Shown piece by piece: positions 37,151 through 48,199 of a stretch of 64,000 bases of DNA. The stretch lies in assembly GCA_010909165.1 (NCBI GenBank), contig MU008212.1, positions 124,001 to 188,000 of the forward strand. Reading direction: 5' to 3'. The DNA comes from Anthoceros angustus (Eukaryota > Plantae > Anthocerotophyta). The stretch's first letter is position 1. Each line of letters begins with the position of its first letter. The position numbers and the translations under genes are program-made. Under the pieces are notes generated by a model. That model was given only the letters and a program-made list of their open reading frames with translations, was not told the origin of the DNA and ran no database searches.

Positions 37151-37875
37151 GATTCAATGAGAGGATCCAGAGTTCAACTAAAGCTATCAGCACCAGAACA
37201 AACAGTCAGCCTCCCCATCCATGTCAATGCGTGTCCACAAGAAAGCAAACCTGCAGACACCATTAATGTCTTAGTGGGTGTAGGTAGCTGCAAAAAGGAT
37301 ATTCAGACACGCCGAGCAGGAAGTATATAACCTTCGCAACCACCTGAGCTAAGAAAATGCAGCGCAGAGCAACATCTACTCGTGGGAGAAAAACCTGCGA
37401 GCTCAACGAAGCAGGTAGGTCGCTCGGCCCAGCAGGAAACATCTGCGAAGGAATGAAGACATTTCACGGCCAACACTGTAGCCTGCAGGTGCTTGAACGC
37501 GAGCTATCTACAAACTTGCCGTTTTGCAGTCTTTCCTGCACATTCCCACCTCGAACCAGACAGTCTGCTCACATTCCGGGAGCTTTACACGGTTTCCAAC
37601 GCACCTCCAAGCACCTTCCAAACACGAGATGTACTAGCCTTTGAGAGGCGCTGAAGGCTACCCTTCAGCGCCACGCTAAAGGAGACGCCAGACTAGAGAC
37701 AAAATGTAAAAGGAGACGACAGACTCGGCCTAGCCTGCGAGCCACATGGCACAGCGACAACGGTCGCAATATGGAACCATATCTTTAATACTCGTACGCA
37801 TGTCTGAACTGAAATCAGTTACCTGTTTACGTTTAGAGTACAGCATTTCTACGTTTTATTTCATCACCTAAAACA

Positions 37876-38301
37876 ATGAAGCTATATGACGGATATAAAA
37901 CTCTGATAAATTTATTTATATTTTCTATATATATGAATTTGAATGTAAACGCTTTAATACTATTTGATGTTGAGTTTACAGTTCGTTGTAATGCGGAAAC
38001 AATGCTCAATGAATATAAAATTCAAATACTACTAGAATCTCATAAAATCATTAAGGCAATAGATACAAATGATTGGTTCTTTGCATTCAAAGATAAATAT
38101 TGGCAAACACAATTCACAGTGAATGGTGATGAGGTTATATATATAGAAGCTAGTTGTTTAACTAATGATGCGGTAATATGCAAAAATTGTTTAAATGACT
38201 TTGTAGGCAACAAATTATTTCAATCATGCGGAAACTCAAAGGGAGCTGTAATTGGAGGAAAGGATTGTCGGTTTCGATTCGAGTTTTTCTTATTCTATTA
38301 A
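37876..38301 (+). CDS. Single-domain DUF26/Gnk2-like secreted cysteine-rich protein
   Basis: Hydrophobic N-terminus, C-X7-C-X2-C (CLTNDAVICKNC) and C-terminal CGNSKGA..DCRFRFE. Confidence 0.72.
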   Translation: MKLYDGYKTLINLFIFSIYMNLNVNALILFDVEFTVRCNAETMLNEYKIQILLESHKIIKAIDTNDWFFAFKDKYWQTQFTVNGDEVIYIEASCLTNDAVICKNCLNDFVGNKLFQSCGNSKGAVIGGKDCRFRFEFFLFY

Positions 38302-38663
38302 GAAGACCAAAATCTAATTTAACCAATAGATAAGTTGCAGATATTATATATCATCACTTTATGTTTGGGATAACAGTAAATATCAATCTAAAAAGTGATG
38401 TTTGCATCAATCATAGAAAAAGTGACGTTTGTATCAATCCTAAAAGTGATGTTTGTATATAGCAACATTTGTATCGATCTAATCAATCCTAAAAGTGATG
38501 TTTTTATACAGCAATATTTGTATCCATCGAACAAGTGATGTTTCTGATAGTGACGTTTGTGTCGATCTAGAAAATGATGTTTATTTGTGATTGAATTTGG
38601 ATTACTTGTGAAAAAGAGGCAATCCTTATCATCTAAGTTGCATAGAGATAAATTCATGTTTAT

Positions 38664-38923
38664 TTTCATTACTAAAATAATTCAAGAATGAGTTCGCACT
38701 CCCCTTACTAAGGCCATTTGGATACACATTTATAATAAAGCCATTATTAAGCATCATGCACTTAGATTGGTACTTACATACGGTGTCTAAAGGTTTCATT
38801 ACTAAAATAACCCAAGAATGAGTTCGCACTGCCCTTACTAAGGCCATTTGGATACACATTTATAAGAACGCCATTATTAAGCATCCTGCACTTAGATCGG
38901 TACTTAGATACCGTGTCTAAAGG
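38664..38923. repeat. 130-bp tandem duplication, preceded by degenerate AAAAGTGATGTTTG repeats at ~38390-38580
   Basis: Copies start at 38664 and 38794. Confidence 0.85.
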
Positions 38924-40853
38924 CAGCGGATGCACTCGGCGCAAGTAGCTTTGGACACCATGGTACAAGTTGTTAAGGACCAAGTCCTATGACAGGAAAA
39001 TTCCGTTCAAATGGACTATAATATACTTCTTCTTCTTTTCTTTCATCAAGCAATATACAAATTTGTTTAATCTTCGGTTTTCAGTCTAGTCTAGCTAGAT
39101 ATGAGTTCATTCACTATTCTGGTTGGTTAAAGATATTTTTCTCAACGAATCTTGCATTTTAATTCCATGAAAGTCCTTGCTCGCAGTGAACTTATGATAA
39201 GTACCTTTCTTCATTAAAAAAACTTGTAGCGCAATATAATATGGTATAATATGTTCTTGTAAGCTACAAATTAATATTTACTAGAACATTACCGAATAAG
39301 CTAAGGAATACTAGTTGAAAAATGTGAAATCAATAGGTTTTCATTAGATAAATATAATTCACGTCCAGTATATAATATTAAACCAAAGCGATAATTGCTA
39401 TGACAGTGACGTCAAGATAAATATGAAGATCTTCTATTACAAAAGAATATTTTGATGAAATTCATAAAAATCTTTCTTCTATTCTAGTCACCAAACACTA
39501 TTTTATAAATAACCTAGATCTTGAAAATTTAATTTAATAAAACTAAATAACTTGCACTACACGAACAAAATAATGTGAAACATATTCAACTTTTTCTAAT
39601 TTAGAATTTTTTTTACCCGCTTTCTTATGAAGATACTAGACCCTCTTCTTTTATACAAAAAGATGGATATCATATCTATGGTAGAAAATGTTTGAGAAAG
39701 ACAACCGATGTCACAAATATGTTGAAAGTTATGTTATTTATAGGTACAACATGAGTGTCTTGAGTTATTTAGCCTCTTTTTATAACACACAACAATCTTT
39801 GGACATCAATGCAGCACTTTGAGCTCTTATAAAAACTAGTGTGTATAAATATGACTGGCATATGATATAGAGGAACACCTTATCATGGACTGAACTAAAA
39901 TCTGAGGACATATCTTAACAAGGACTAAACATAAAACCAAAGACAAGAGGACACGTTGAGAATTAGGTGCACACAAACATGAAGAGATGAGAACTCCGCA
40001 GTTAAGCATCCTCTTCTCGTGTATGAAGGAAACACAACATCCTCTCCTCGAGTGTGAAGAAAATGTGGAGCTTTAGTTTGCGAGTTGTTCTGCATAAGAC
40101 CACCCTTGATAATATAAATAATAAATAATATTATAAATTATTAATATTTTACTAATTTATTTTTAAATACTTATTCAACTTATTTAAATCAAACTACCCA
40201 CTTCCTCTCCCATTCATAAAAGCTTGGTATTACGAGCACTCTGAACATAATAATCTGAACATAATAATATGAATGAAGTTCCACTATGCGATTCTAGATT
40301 AGAGTCCGCCTAGGAGCGATGGCATGGGCTGGATACTGCATGTCCGTAAGTATGTATGTGGTTTCTTTGTCCCTCTCTTTTCCGGACTATTTTTGGATGA
40401 CCGATACAGTGGATCTAGTTTTGAGGAGAACGCGGTTCACACTTTGCGATGGTTCAAACTGAGAGGGCCAGGCCTGACGTGAACACTGTTTGTGGGCTGG
40501 CCCCCAGCTGCTGCTCTGAGTGAAGATTTTGGATGGACAGTCACCTGGCTGTGAATCCTTTTGTGTTGCACGGTGTGGTTGTGGTGCTACTGCGGAACCA
40601 GTGCATGTTGAGTTTGGAGACGGTTGGATGGAGAGGGTGAGTTTAAGCAAGGGCTGGTGGTAGGGAGTGGAGTGGCCACTGTGCCATCGTTTTGGAGGTG
40701 GGTGCGACAGCTGACCAAGAGGAAACGGGAGCAGCGAAGCTTTAATGTTGGATAGATGCAGGGTGCTAGTTCAAGCAGGATCCGAGATCTTCAGTGGTGG
40801 ACGCGGCTTGTGAATTCAGACTGGACCGACAGGAATGAGCAGGTACAGTGAAG

Positions 40854-43800
40854 ATGTATACTAGAGCGGCTGCCCGGGGCGGGCATTCGGCAGAGTACAC
40901 CGTCAAGTTGGACCAGGTGCCCCGCTGGAGTGAGCAGGATCACAGGCCGTCGGAATCTGGAGGGGCGGCTGCTCTCCCCTCCTCAGAGCACGCTTTCTCT
41001 GACCCGCTCACCTCCCTGTCGAGCGAGAATGGCAGCAGGGGATTTGGGTCCACCAAGTTCCAGGTGGATCATGAGATCAATTCCAAGCTCTATTTGTGGC
41101 GAGGAGCCCCTTGGGCCCTTGAAGTTGATGCCGTCGTGAACTCGACCAATGAGGTATAATGCGCTGTGTAATTGCGCTTCGCTAGGGTTTCTCCGGTGCT
41201 GCTGGATTTTGTGAGCGAGATACAGGACCACAGCGAGGTTAAATTCCATGGTGCTTCCACCTCTTTTTGCTGCTGGTTCTAAATCAAGGGGGCCTTTTTT
41301 TGCTGCCAGAATATGGATGAAGCGCATAGCAGCCCTGGGCTCCATGTGGCTGCAGGTCCAGGGCTTGCAGAAGAGTGCTCTACGCTGGTGAGTTTGGACA
41401 GCTCCTGTGGTTTGTTGTGTCAGTGGCAGTTGGGAATTTGTCTTTGACAGAGAATGCGGGCTGTGCGCAGGGAGGCTGCAGAACCGGCATGGCTAAGGTC
41501 ACGAGTGGTTATGACCTACCTGCCAGGTGCTGGATTTATTCTATGCATGGAGTGGATGCATTTTTGAAGGCTTCAACGAAATCGTGACCATGAACACCTG
41601 GCTTTTTGCAGGCGTGTGATTCACACTGTGGGTCCAATATATGCGATGAAGTATCAGACAGCTGCAGAAAATGCTCTTAGCCATTGCTACCGCTCCTGCC
41701 TGGAGCTGCTTATTGAACAAGGGCTTCAAAGGTTGAGCCAGGACTTGATTCCGGATACCTATGCTCCTTGTTGTGTTGGTTGTGCTCAAATGTGTGGATT
41801 TGTGAATCTCATGTGCTGGTGTTCTGATGACCCAGTATTGCAATCGGCTGTATCTACACTGAGGCGAAAGGCTATCCACGAGAGCCTGCTGCTCATGTCG
41901 CAATAAGTAAGTGACTCTGCGTTGTGTGTTCTATTTGAGGGAAAATTTGGTTCTGTGGCTCACGTCATCTTTATCTGTCACCAGGGACAGTTCGTCGATT
42001 CCTGGAAAAGCACAAGAATAAGATAGTTGCGGTCGTGTTCTGTACCACGACAGCTGCTGACACAGAGATATATAAAAGGTATGAGTGTGCTTTGCACCCT
42101 TTCTGTTGGTCCTCTTGCTCATGTTTCTTGTCACTTGGATGACACTTGCCCCTTCCTTGCAAATAACTGCCTAGGCTTTTCAGAGCGTTTAAACAGCGGG
42201 CAGTGGTTATGTTGTTGCAGGTTGCTGCCACTATACTTCCCCAGGGACAGTTTAGAAGAGGAGATTGCGTCTGTTAAGCTGCCAGCTGATGTTGGAGATG
42301 AAAATGGCGAGACGGTTATCTCAGAGCGCAAAATCAGAATCTCTGCACTTCCAGGAACAACTGGATTGTCACCACGAAGGCACTCGACAGGGGGCGACGA
42401 CTTCACTGCAAATCATCGAGCCTTTGCACCTCTGAGGTGTTATTTCCTGCCTTTTCATCTCTTGGCCGCATTTCCAGTTTTCCTCTGAAACTGCCTGGAA
42501 TTCTCTCTGAACTCTTCCTGTTTTCAGGACTGATTCTCTAGATGCCTTGGTGGACCCCATGTTCATGAGCATGACTCGGGACCCAGATCAGCGTCGTAAG
42601 GAACAATGGGAGAAGGCGGCTCAAGCACAGGCTGGCTGGGGTTGGGGTAAATGGCTAGGGCTAGGCGGTGTCGGATTTTCTCCTATGGCTCCAGCAGAGG
42701 AGGACTCACTGCATGCCAGATACCTTGCAAGGGCCAATGCTGTTAATCTAACTGAAATCGCAGAAATGAAGATCATGTAACTTTCTAACTATTATGCCCC
42801 GCTGAAGTTGTTTCAAGAAAGTGTTGAGATACTTCCAGGGGGCTGGGGGGTGGGGGGTGATTGTAACAGGTTGTGTGATGGTGGTCCTGCAGTTATCGAG
42901 GTGGAGTGGATGCTGATGGCAGGCAGGTTATGGTAATTGTGGGTGCACACTTTCTTCTTCGATGTTTAGATTTGGAGCGTTTCCTGCTCTACGCTGTTAA
43001 GGTACGATTCCAAACAATGCAGAATCAAGCAAAGTGCGAGTTAATGATCTGTACATGGGTCACGGGTGCTGTTGGTAAGGGCAGAAGTTCGAGAATGAAG
43101 TTGTGGAGGTTATTGATGGTCTGCCTGATCAGTTTTGTCATCTCTCTACTTTCCCTTCTGCTCCTGATTCTGGAGCTTGTTTTGTAATTTGCAGGAATTC
43201 GAACCAGTTATTCAAAGGCCTTATACAATAGTATATTTCCATTCTGCTGCTGCTCTCCAGCTGTGAGCCCGTTTACCTTTCGCCCATTCTTGTGTGTAGA
43301 AGTGCTGTGGGTCTTGCTGTCGATTCTTCTAACATATAAACAAATCAAACAGGCAGCCAGACCTTGCCTGGATGGCTCACCTGCAGCAGATTCTTGGTCG
43401 CAAACACAGAAAAAACCTGCATGTAAGTGATATTTCTTACATACACCTCATGCTCGGCCGGGTCAGCATGCTTCCCATTTTTTGAGATGAGAATTGTAAA
43501 ACTGGCTTCCAGTGGCACGTAAAAATCTTCACTGGACTTCAAACCTGGGCTGTGCATGATTGTGGCGCTTCTGCTAGAACCTGAAGCAATGACCCACTCC
43601 ATTGTTCTGCCATGCTGTGACGTAGGCTGTATATGTTCTCCACTCGACACTTGGTCTGAGAGCAACGATTCTCGCCCTCCAACTATTTGTGGACTCAGTG
43701 GTATGTTGTTTTCTGAGTGGATTTTGCAAAACCATAGCTCTATATTCTAGGCCACAGAAAAACTTCTGAAGGGCTGCTCTGTCGACCATGGCAGAGCAGA

Positions 43801-44240
43801 GCACCTGCTGTGCATACTGCTTTTCGTGCGTGCATTCGTTGCTTTGGCTATGCATCATGGTCATGCAGCAGCCGTCACACCTGCTAGATGTCATATCTCC
43901 CCATCCTAACTAGCGGGTGAAGTGCACATCCTGTTGTAGTCCTGACGGTGACGGTTCGCTTCCCTGTCATGTCCGCAGGTGTGGAAGAAGGTGGTTTACG
44001 TCGAGAGGTTACTCGACCTGTTCAGATATGTTCCGAGAGAGCAGCTGACCATACCAGACTTCGTATTTCAGTACGCAAACAAAACTCTGCTTGAATTGCC
44101 TTTCTCTTGGGACCAATCTGAACGCCTGCTAACGATAGACCGTTACTGGCAGGCATGACCTTGAGGTGAACGGGGAAAAGGGGCTTGGCGCCGACCCTAG
44201 GGCGAGAGCCGTGACAGGCAGGCATCGCCTATCCTCATGA
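40854..44240 (+). CDS. GDAP2: GDAP2-like protein (macro domain plus CRAL-TRIO domain), about 14 exons
   Basis: INSKLYLWRGAPWALEVDAVVNSTNE, GGCRTGMAKVT..YDLPARRVIHTVGP, LPLYFPRD..EE, VIVGAHFLLRCLDLERF, YTIVYFHSAA and YVPREQLTIPDFVFQHDLEVNG. Introns are GT-AG. Confidence 0.92.
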
Positions 44241-44909
44241 CAGGAGTCTCTCCACCAACCACCAGTCTTCTTCCTCCTTCGACAGCGTAGCTGCGAGATC
44301 TTTCCTTCGCTCTTGTAGGTGTGCGCTTGCAGCAGGCCGAGATTCCTTTATGTGGCTCTCGTTCCTGGCAGCTCGCAGTTCGAGCTATGCCCCGGATTTT
44401 CGTTGGTTGTAAGAATTGTATATTGCCAAGCCTGCCGCACATTGATATCCGATTGGTCGTGCGTGTTGCACCCTAACTCCGTGCCTGCTACAATTTCATC
44501 GCACCGCTGCCGACGCTCCGTGACCATACGTGTCGGCAACAACCCAGCTGTCGCGAATGGCGCCCACCACCTGCTGCCTGTAGCGCACTGGACGAAGAGG
44601 TGATGAAATAAGAAGGCGATCCGTGGAAACGGGATCCGGATAACGCGTGACACAACGTGCTGACTTGTTTGCTGTGATCGAGCCGCCTTCGCTGCCTGGT
44701 GATGCAGTGACAGGAGCCCAGCCCGGCATTGCGCTGCCGAAATTTGCAGCCTGCTCGGCTACAGGTGTCGGAAGCTGCCTCGAATTCGTCGCAATGAAGC
44801 CGCGTGACGCTGGGTGTTGCGGATCGGTACCTGGGCGTGGTGGGTTGCGTTGGCCTGGGCTTGGTGTTCGCAGGAGGCTCAGTGGGCTGTGAGCTTTAGA
44901 GTTGCAGCC

Positions 44910-46394
44910 ATGGGGAGTTTGGCGAAGATCATCCGGGATGACAGGCATCCGGCATGGCTGGTGGATGCCATCATCATGTCGGCTGTGGTGTACAGCTCCA
45001 GCCCGCAGGCGGAGCTGGAGACGATGAAGGCGGACTACGGATTGGACACCTCCAAGTACGAGTTCATTCCGGAGGACGAGCTCAAGGATGCGGGATTCGT
45101 GAGGTGCCAGCAGACTTTGTTGATTGTACGGAGCAGGACGGTGCACTCACCGCGGCCGCATATTGTGGTGGCGTGCAGGGGCACCACGGATGTGAGTGAC
45201 GCCATAGCCGACCTCAATTTCATGCACCGGACCATGAGCCTGGGTGCGGGGTCTGCGCATGCGGGGTTCTTGGATCGGGCGAAGAGCATCCCGCTGGACT
45301 ACTTCCGGCGCTTGCTGATCAGGGGGGAGAATCTGGTGTTGACAGGGCACTCTCTAGGGGGAGCTGTGGCCTCGCTTCTGGCTCTCAGATTGTTGGAGGC
45401 GACGGGGAGGTGGTGCCATGAGCAGGTGCAGTGTTACACCTTCGGGTGCCCGTTTTTTGCCGACTCCAGACTGGCCAAGCACATCAACACGCAGTACAAG
45501 CAGCACTTTGTGCACATCGTGTCGAGGAGTGACATCGTGCCCAAGGTCATGCCTCTGGCATACACTCTCTACACCCTGTGGGCGGGCTTGCAGGCTGGCC
45601 CGTTCGAGGATTTCGTTCACGTGTCCAGGGTGAGCATGCTGCTGCTGCAGCTGGCATCCAAGCTTAAACCCTTGAGACGGCACACCAGGCTGCCCATCGT
45701 GGCCCTGGGGACGCAGGTGCTAACCTTCTGTCCGGGTCTGCTCAGGGTGTTGTTGCACCGGGCAATTGCTTTGGCCCTGTCCCACCACTCCGGGTATGGG
45801 TACACCTTTGCGGGGCACATGGTGCTGCTGGACCCAGAAACCAGCAAGCTAGAGCACGCAGACAGCGAGAAATGGACCATGGAGAAGCATCTGAACTTCC
45901 ACTTCGGCTGCGTGTCCCTGGATGTGGTGAAGGGGCACAGCCTGGTGAGCTACATCGAGAACGTGTTCACAGTCCAGTCTGCGGGAGGCAGGGTGGCTGT
46001 GGGAAGCAGCGTTACTACGGAGTTCTCACCTGTTAGTCCCAGGGTGGAGGTATGCAAGGCCACATTGCGCATGAAGTGGTTCGGTAAAACTCCACAGATG
46101 CCCAAGCAGGTGAAGCATGTGCCCATGCAAGATCTGGAAAAGAGCAGGTCCTTGAGTAAGAAGAAGAAAGCAGTGAAAGCTCTGCGGAGTTCGGTTGCAT
46201 GTCTCATCTTTGCACGGCGAATGCAAGAAGCTGCCCCCGAGTTCGTGCACAAGCGAAAGAACATCACCTTCGTCCGGTCCTTCTTGGACAACGTTGGCAA
46301 ACTGTCCAGATTGGCCCACAAGTTTGACCGCATTTTTGTCATCTCCTCTGGGCTGTTTGCCCTTGTACATGTGCGGAGATTTGTTCGCCGCTGA
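44910..46394 (+). CDS. Class 3 lipase (alpha/beta hydrolase), intronless
   Basis: Motifs VVACRGT, AHAGF, LTGHSLGG (nucleophile Ser), CYTFGCP and HIVSRSDIVP, with a candidate His in GHSLVSY and a hydrophobic C-terminal tail. Confidence 0.88.
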   Translation: MGSLAKIIRDDRHPAWLVDAIIMSAVVYSSSPQAELETMKADYGLDTSKYEFIPEDELKDAGFVRCQQTLLIVRSRTVHSPRPHIVVACRGTTDVSDAIADLNFMHRTMSLGAGSAHAGFLDRAKSIPLDYFRRLLIRGENLVLTGHSLGGAVASLLALRLLEATGRWCHEQVQCYTFGCPFFADSRLAKHINTQYKQHFVHIVSRSDIVPKVMPLAYTLYTLWAGLQAGPFEDFVHVSRVSMLLLQLASKLKPLRRHTRLPIVALGTQVLTFCPGLLRVLLHRAIALALSHHSGYGYTFAGHMVLLDPETSKLEHADSEKWTMEKHLNFHFGCVSLDVVKGHSLVSYIENVFTVQSAGGRVAVGSSVTTEFSPVSPRVEVCKATLRMKWFGKTPQMPKQVKHVPMQDLEKSRSLSKKKKAVKALRSSVACLIFARRMQEAAPEFVHKRKNITFVRSFLDNVGKLSRLAHKFDRIFVISSGLFALVHVRRFVRR

Positions 46395-46675
46395 CTACCA
46401 GGCTCCTTGGCCAGCATTTCCCACCTCAGGACTGTACCCGGCTGTATGCTGTGCTTTGAACGATCACTACCTCTAAATCCCTGCTACACACAATATTTTA
46501 GCACGACAAGGTCAAAATTTGGTGAAATTTTCACTTTTTATTAATAAATGTGTTTGCATAATACATTATAATGTTTTTTCAAAACTTTTATTCATATAAA
46601 TATTCATATAAATTCAATGTGAACACGTTAAATATAAATATAAATAAAGAGTGAAAATAAAAAAATAAAAAATCA

Positions 46676-47104
46676 TCAAAAGTCAAAATTATAGAATTTA
46701 AAATATTCATAACGAGCAGAACAATCTTGTTGTTGAACAAATGCACCCTTAGAGTTGTGACAAGTTTGTGACATTCGCTCCCAAAGGATGTCAAGACAAG
46801 ATTTGCAGTCCATCAAAGTGAGCTTAGCAGGACAAAGGATTTCGATATATATATCCTCATTATCAGGATTGCCAAACTTGGTGTTTTTTACTTTTTCTCT
46901 AATGTGAGATAGAAAGGGAGAGGCTGGAAGGAGACGATAAAGGAAACGCATGGTTCCATAAATATAGAAAATGTCATTTGTAGATGCTGGATTTGGATTG
47001 CATTCCATTAATACAATTGTATCATTATATCCTTGGGCTGCAACAATCTCAAGACAAGAAAGTGCTATACAAGATATGATGATTATCCATTTGAAGTTTG
47101 ACAT
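46676..47104 (-). CDS. Single-domain DUF26/Gnk2-like secreted cysteine-rich protein
   Basis: Signal peptide MSNFKWIIIISCIALSCLEIVAA, canonical C-X8-C-X2-C (CPAKLTLMDCKSC) and CHNSKGA...DCSARYEYFKF. Confidence 0.82.
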   Translation of the reverse strand: MSNFKWIIIISCIALSCLEIVAAQGYNDTIVLMECNPNPASTNDIFYIYGTMRFLYRLLPASPFLSHIREKVKNTKFGNPDNEDIYIEILCPAKLTLMDCKSCLDILWERMSQTCHNSKGAFVQQQDCSARYEYFKFYNFDF

Positions 47105-48199
47105 TGTTGTAGTAAGACTGTGAAACTCGATGAAATAGATGAGCCTTTTATCTTACTGATTATGTACTCATCAATGATTATGAGGTAAGATTAAAAACAA
47201 TGAGCTGGAAGCATCAATAATCATCTCACATACTAATAGGCCATCAACATGAATAGTAAGGCTTGGATACAAGTTAAAAACATGCAAGAAATGAGAAGTA
47301 GAAAGAAAGTCAAGAATCTAAGTAGGTGAACAACACAAAACTAAAACTTGGGAATCTACATTTCTTTGAAGCATAATTCGAGAAAATAAAAAGTAGTACA
47401 AACTATTATTTACATTGATTTTTATAGTAAAAGAACATAAAAATTAGGTACTATATATTTATAATCAATTAATTAACTATGTGTACAAAGTGATATCATA
47501 TTGAATATGAAAAAAATATTTAATGGAAAATTTGATGGGAGAAGCCCATCCAGCAGAGGACAACCGAGAGGGACCCTAAGGGTCGAGGTGAAAAGGATAA
47601 GTTACAAAGCTCCCTACCGAAAGTTACCGACTGCGCCTACGATGTCATACGTAGGAAGAGAAAACGGCCTACAAATTACAAAGGTAGAGGAGGATGCAGT
47701 CACCTATTGTCACCAATTTATGGATGATCGCTGCAGAAAGAAAGGGCCCGTTGAAAAGCAATTAACACTTGTTGTCTGAAGAATGCCGAAAAATAAAAGA
47801 GGGACAGCCTCGCATCATGCATGCGGGCATGATAAGCCTTAGCGCAAGACTTGAGAAAATTATTAAATATGCAGCTAGTTTCTTACTTCTAGGACCTTGT
47901 ATATCCCTCATTCAAAATGAGTAAGGACTATTTCATCACTTTCTTTTGTATACATTATGAAAAAACGTGTCTTTTGGATACAAAAGAATGTCATTGGAAG
48001 GTACAAAAATAGTCCTTAATCTATCATAGGAATTCTTTCTTAATAGCTAAGTTATGTACTTCACTCCATGTACAAAGATCTATAAGTTAGCCTAACACCT
48101 CTACAACTATTGTGACTTTAATCAATTCTCCAAACCTGTTCCAAACCTGTTCTAAGTGCCAACTTTTCTAGATTTTAATTAATTCTCCAAACTTTCTCT

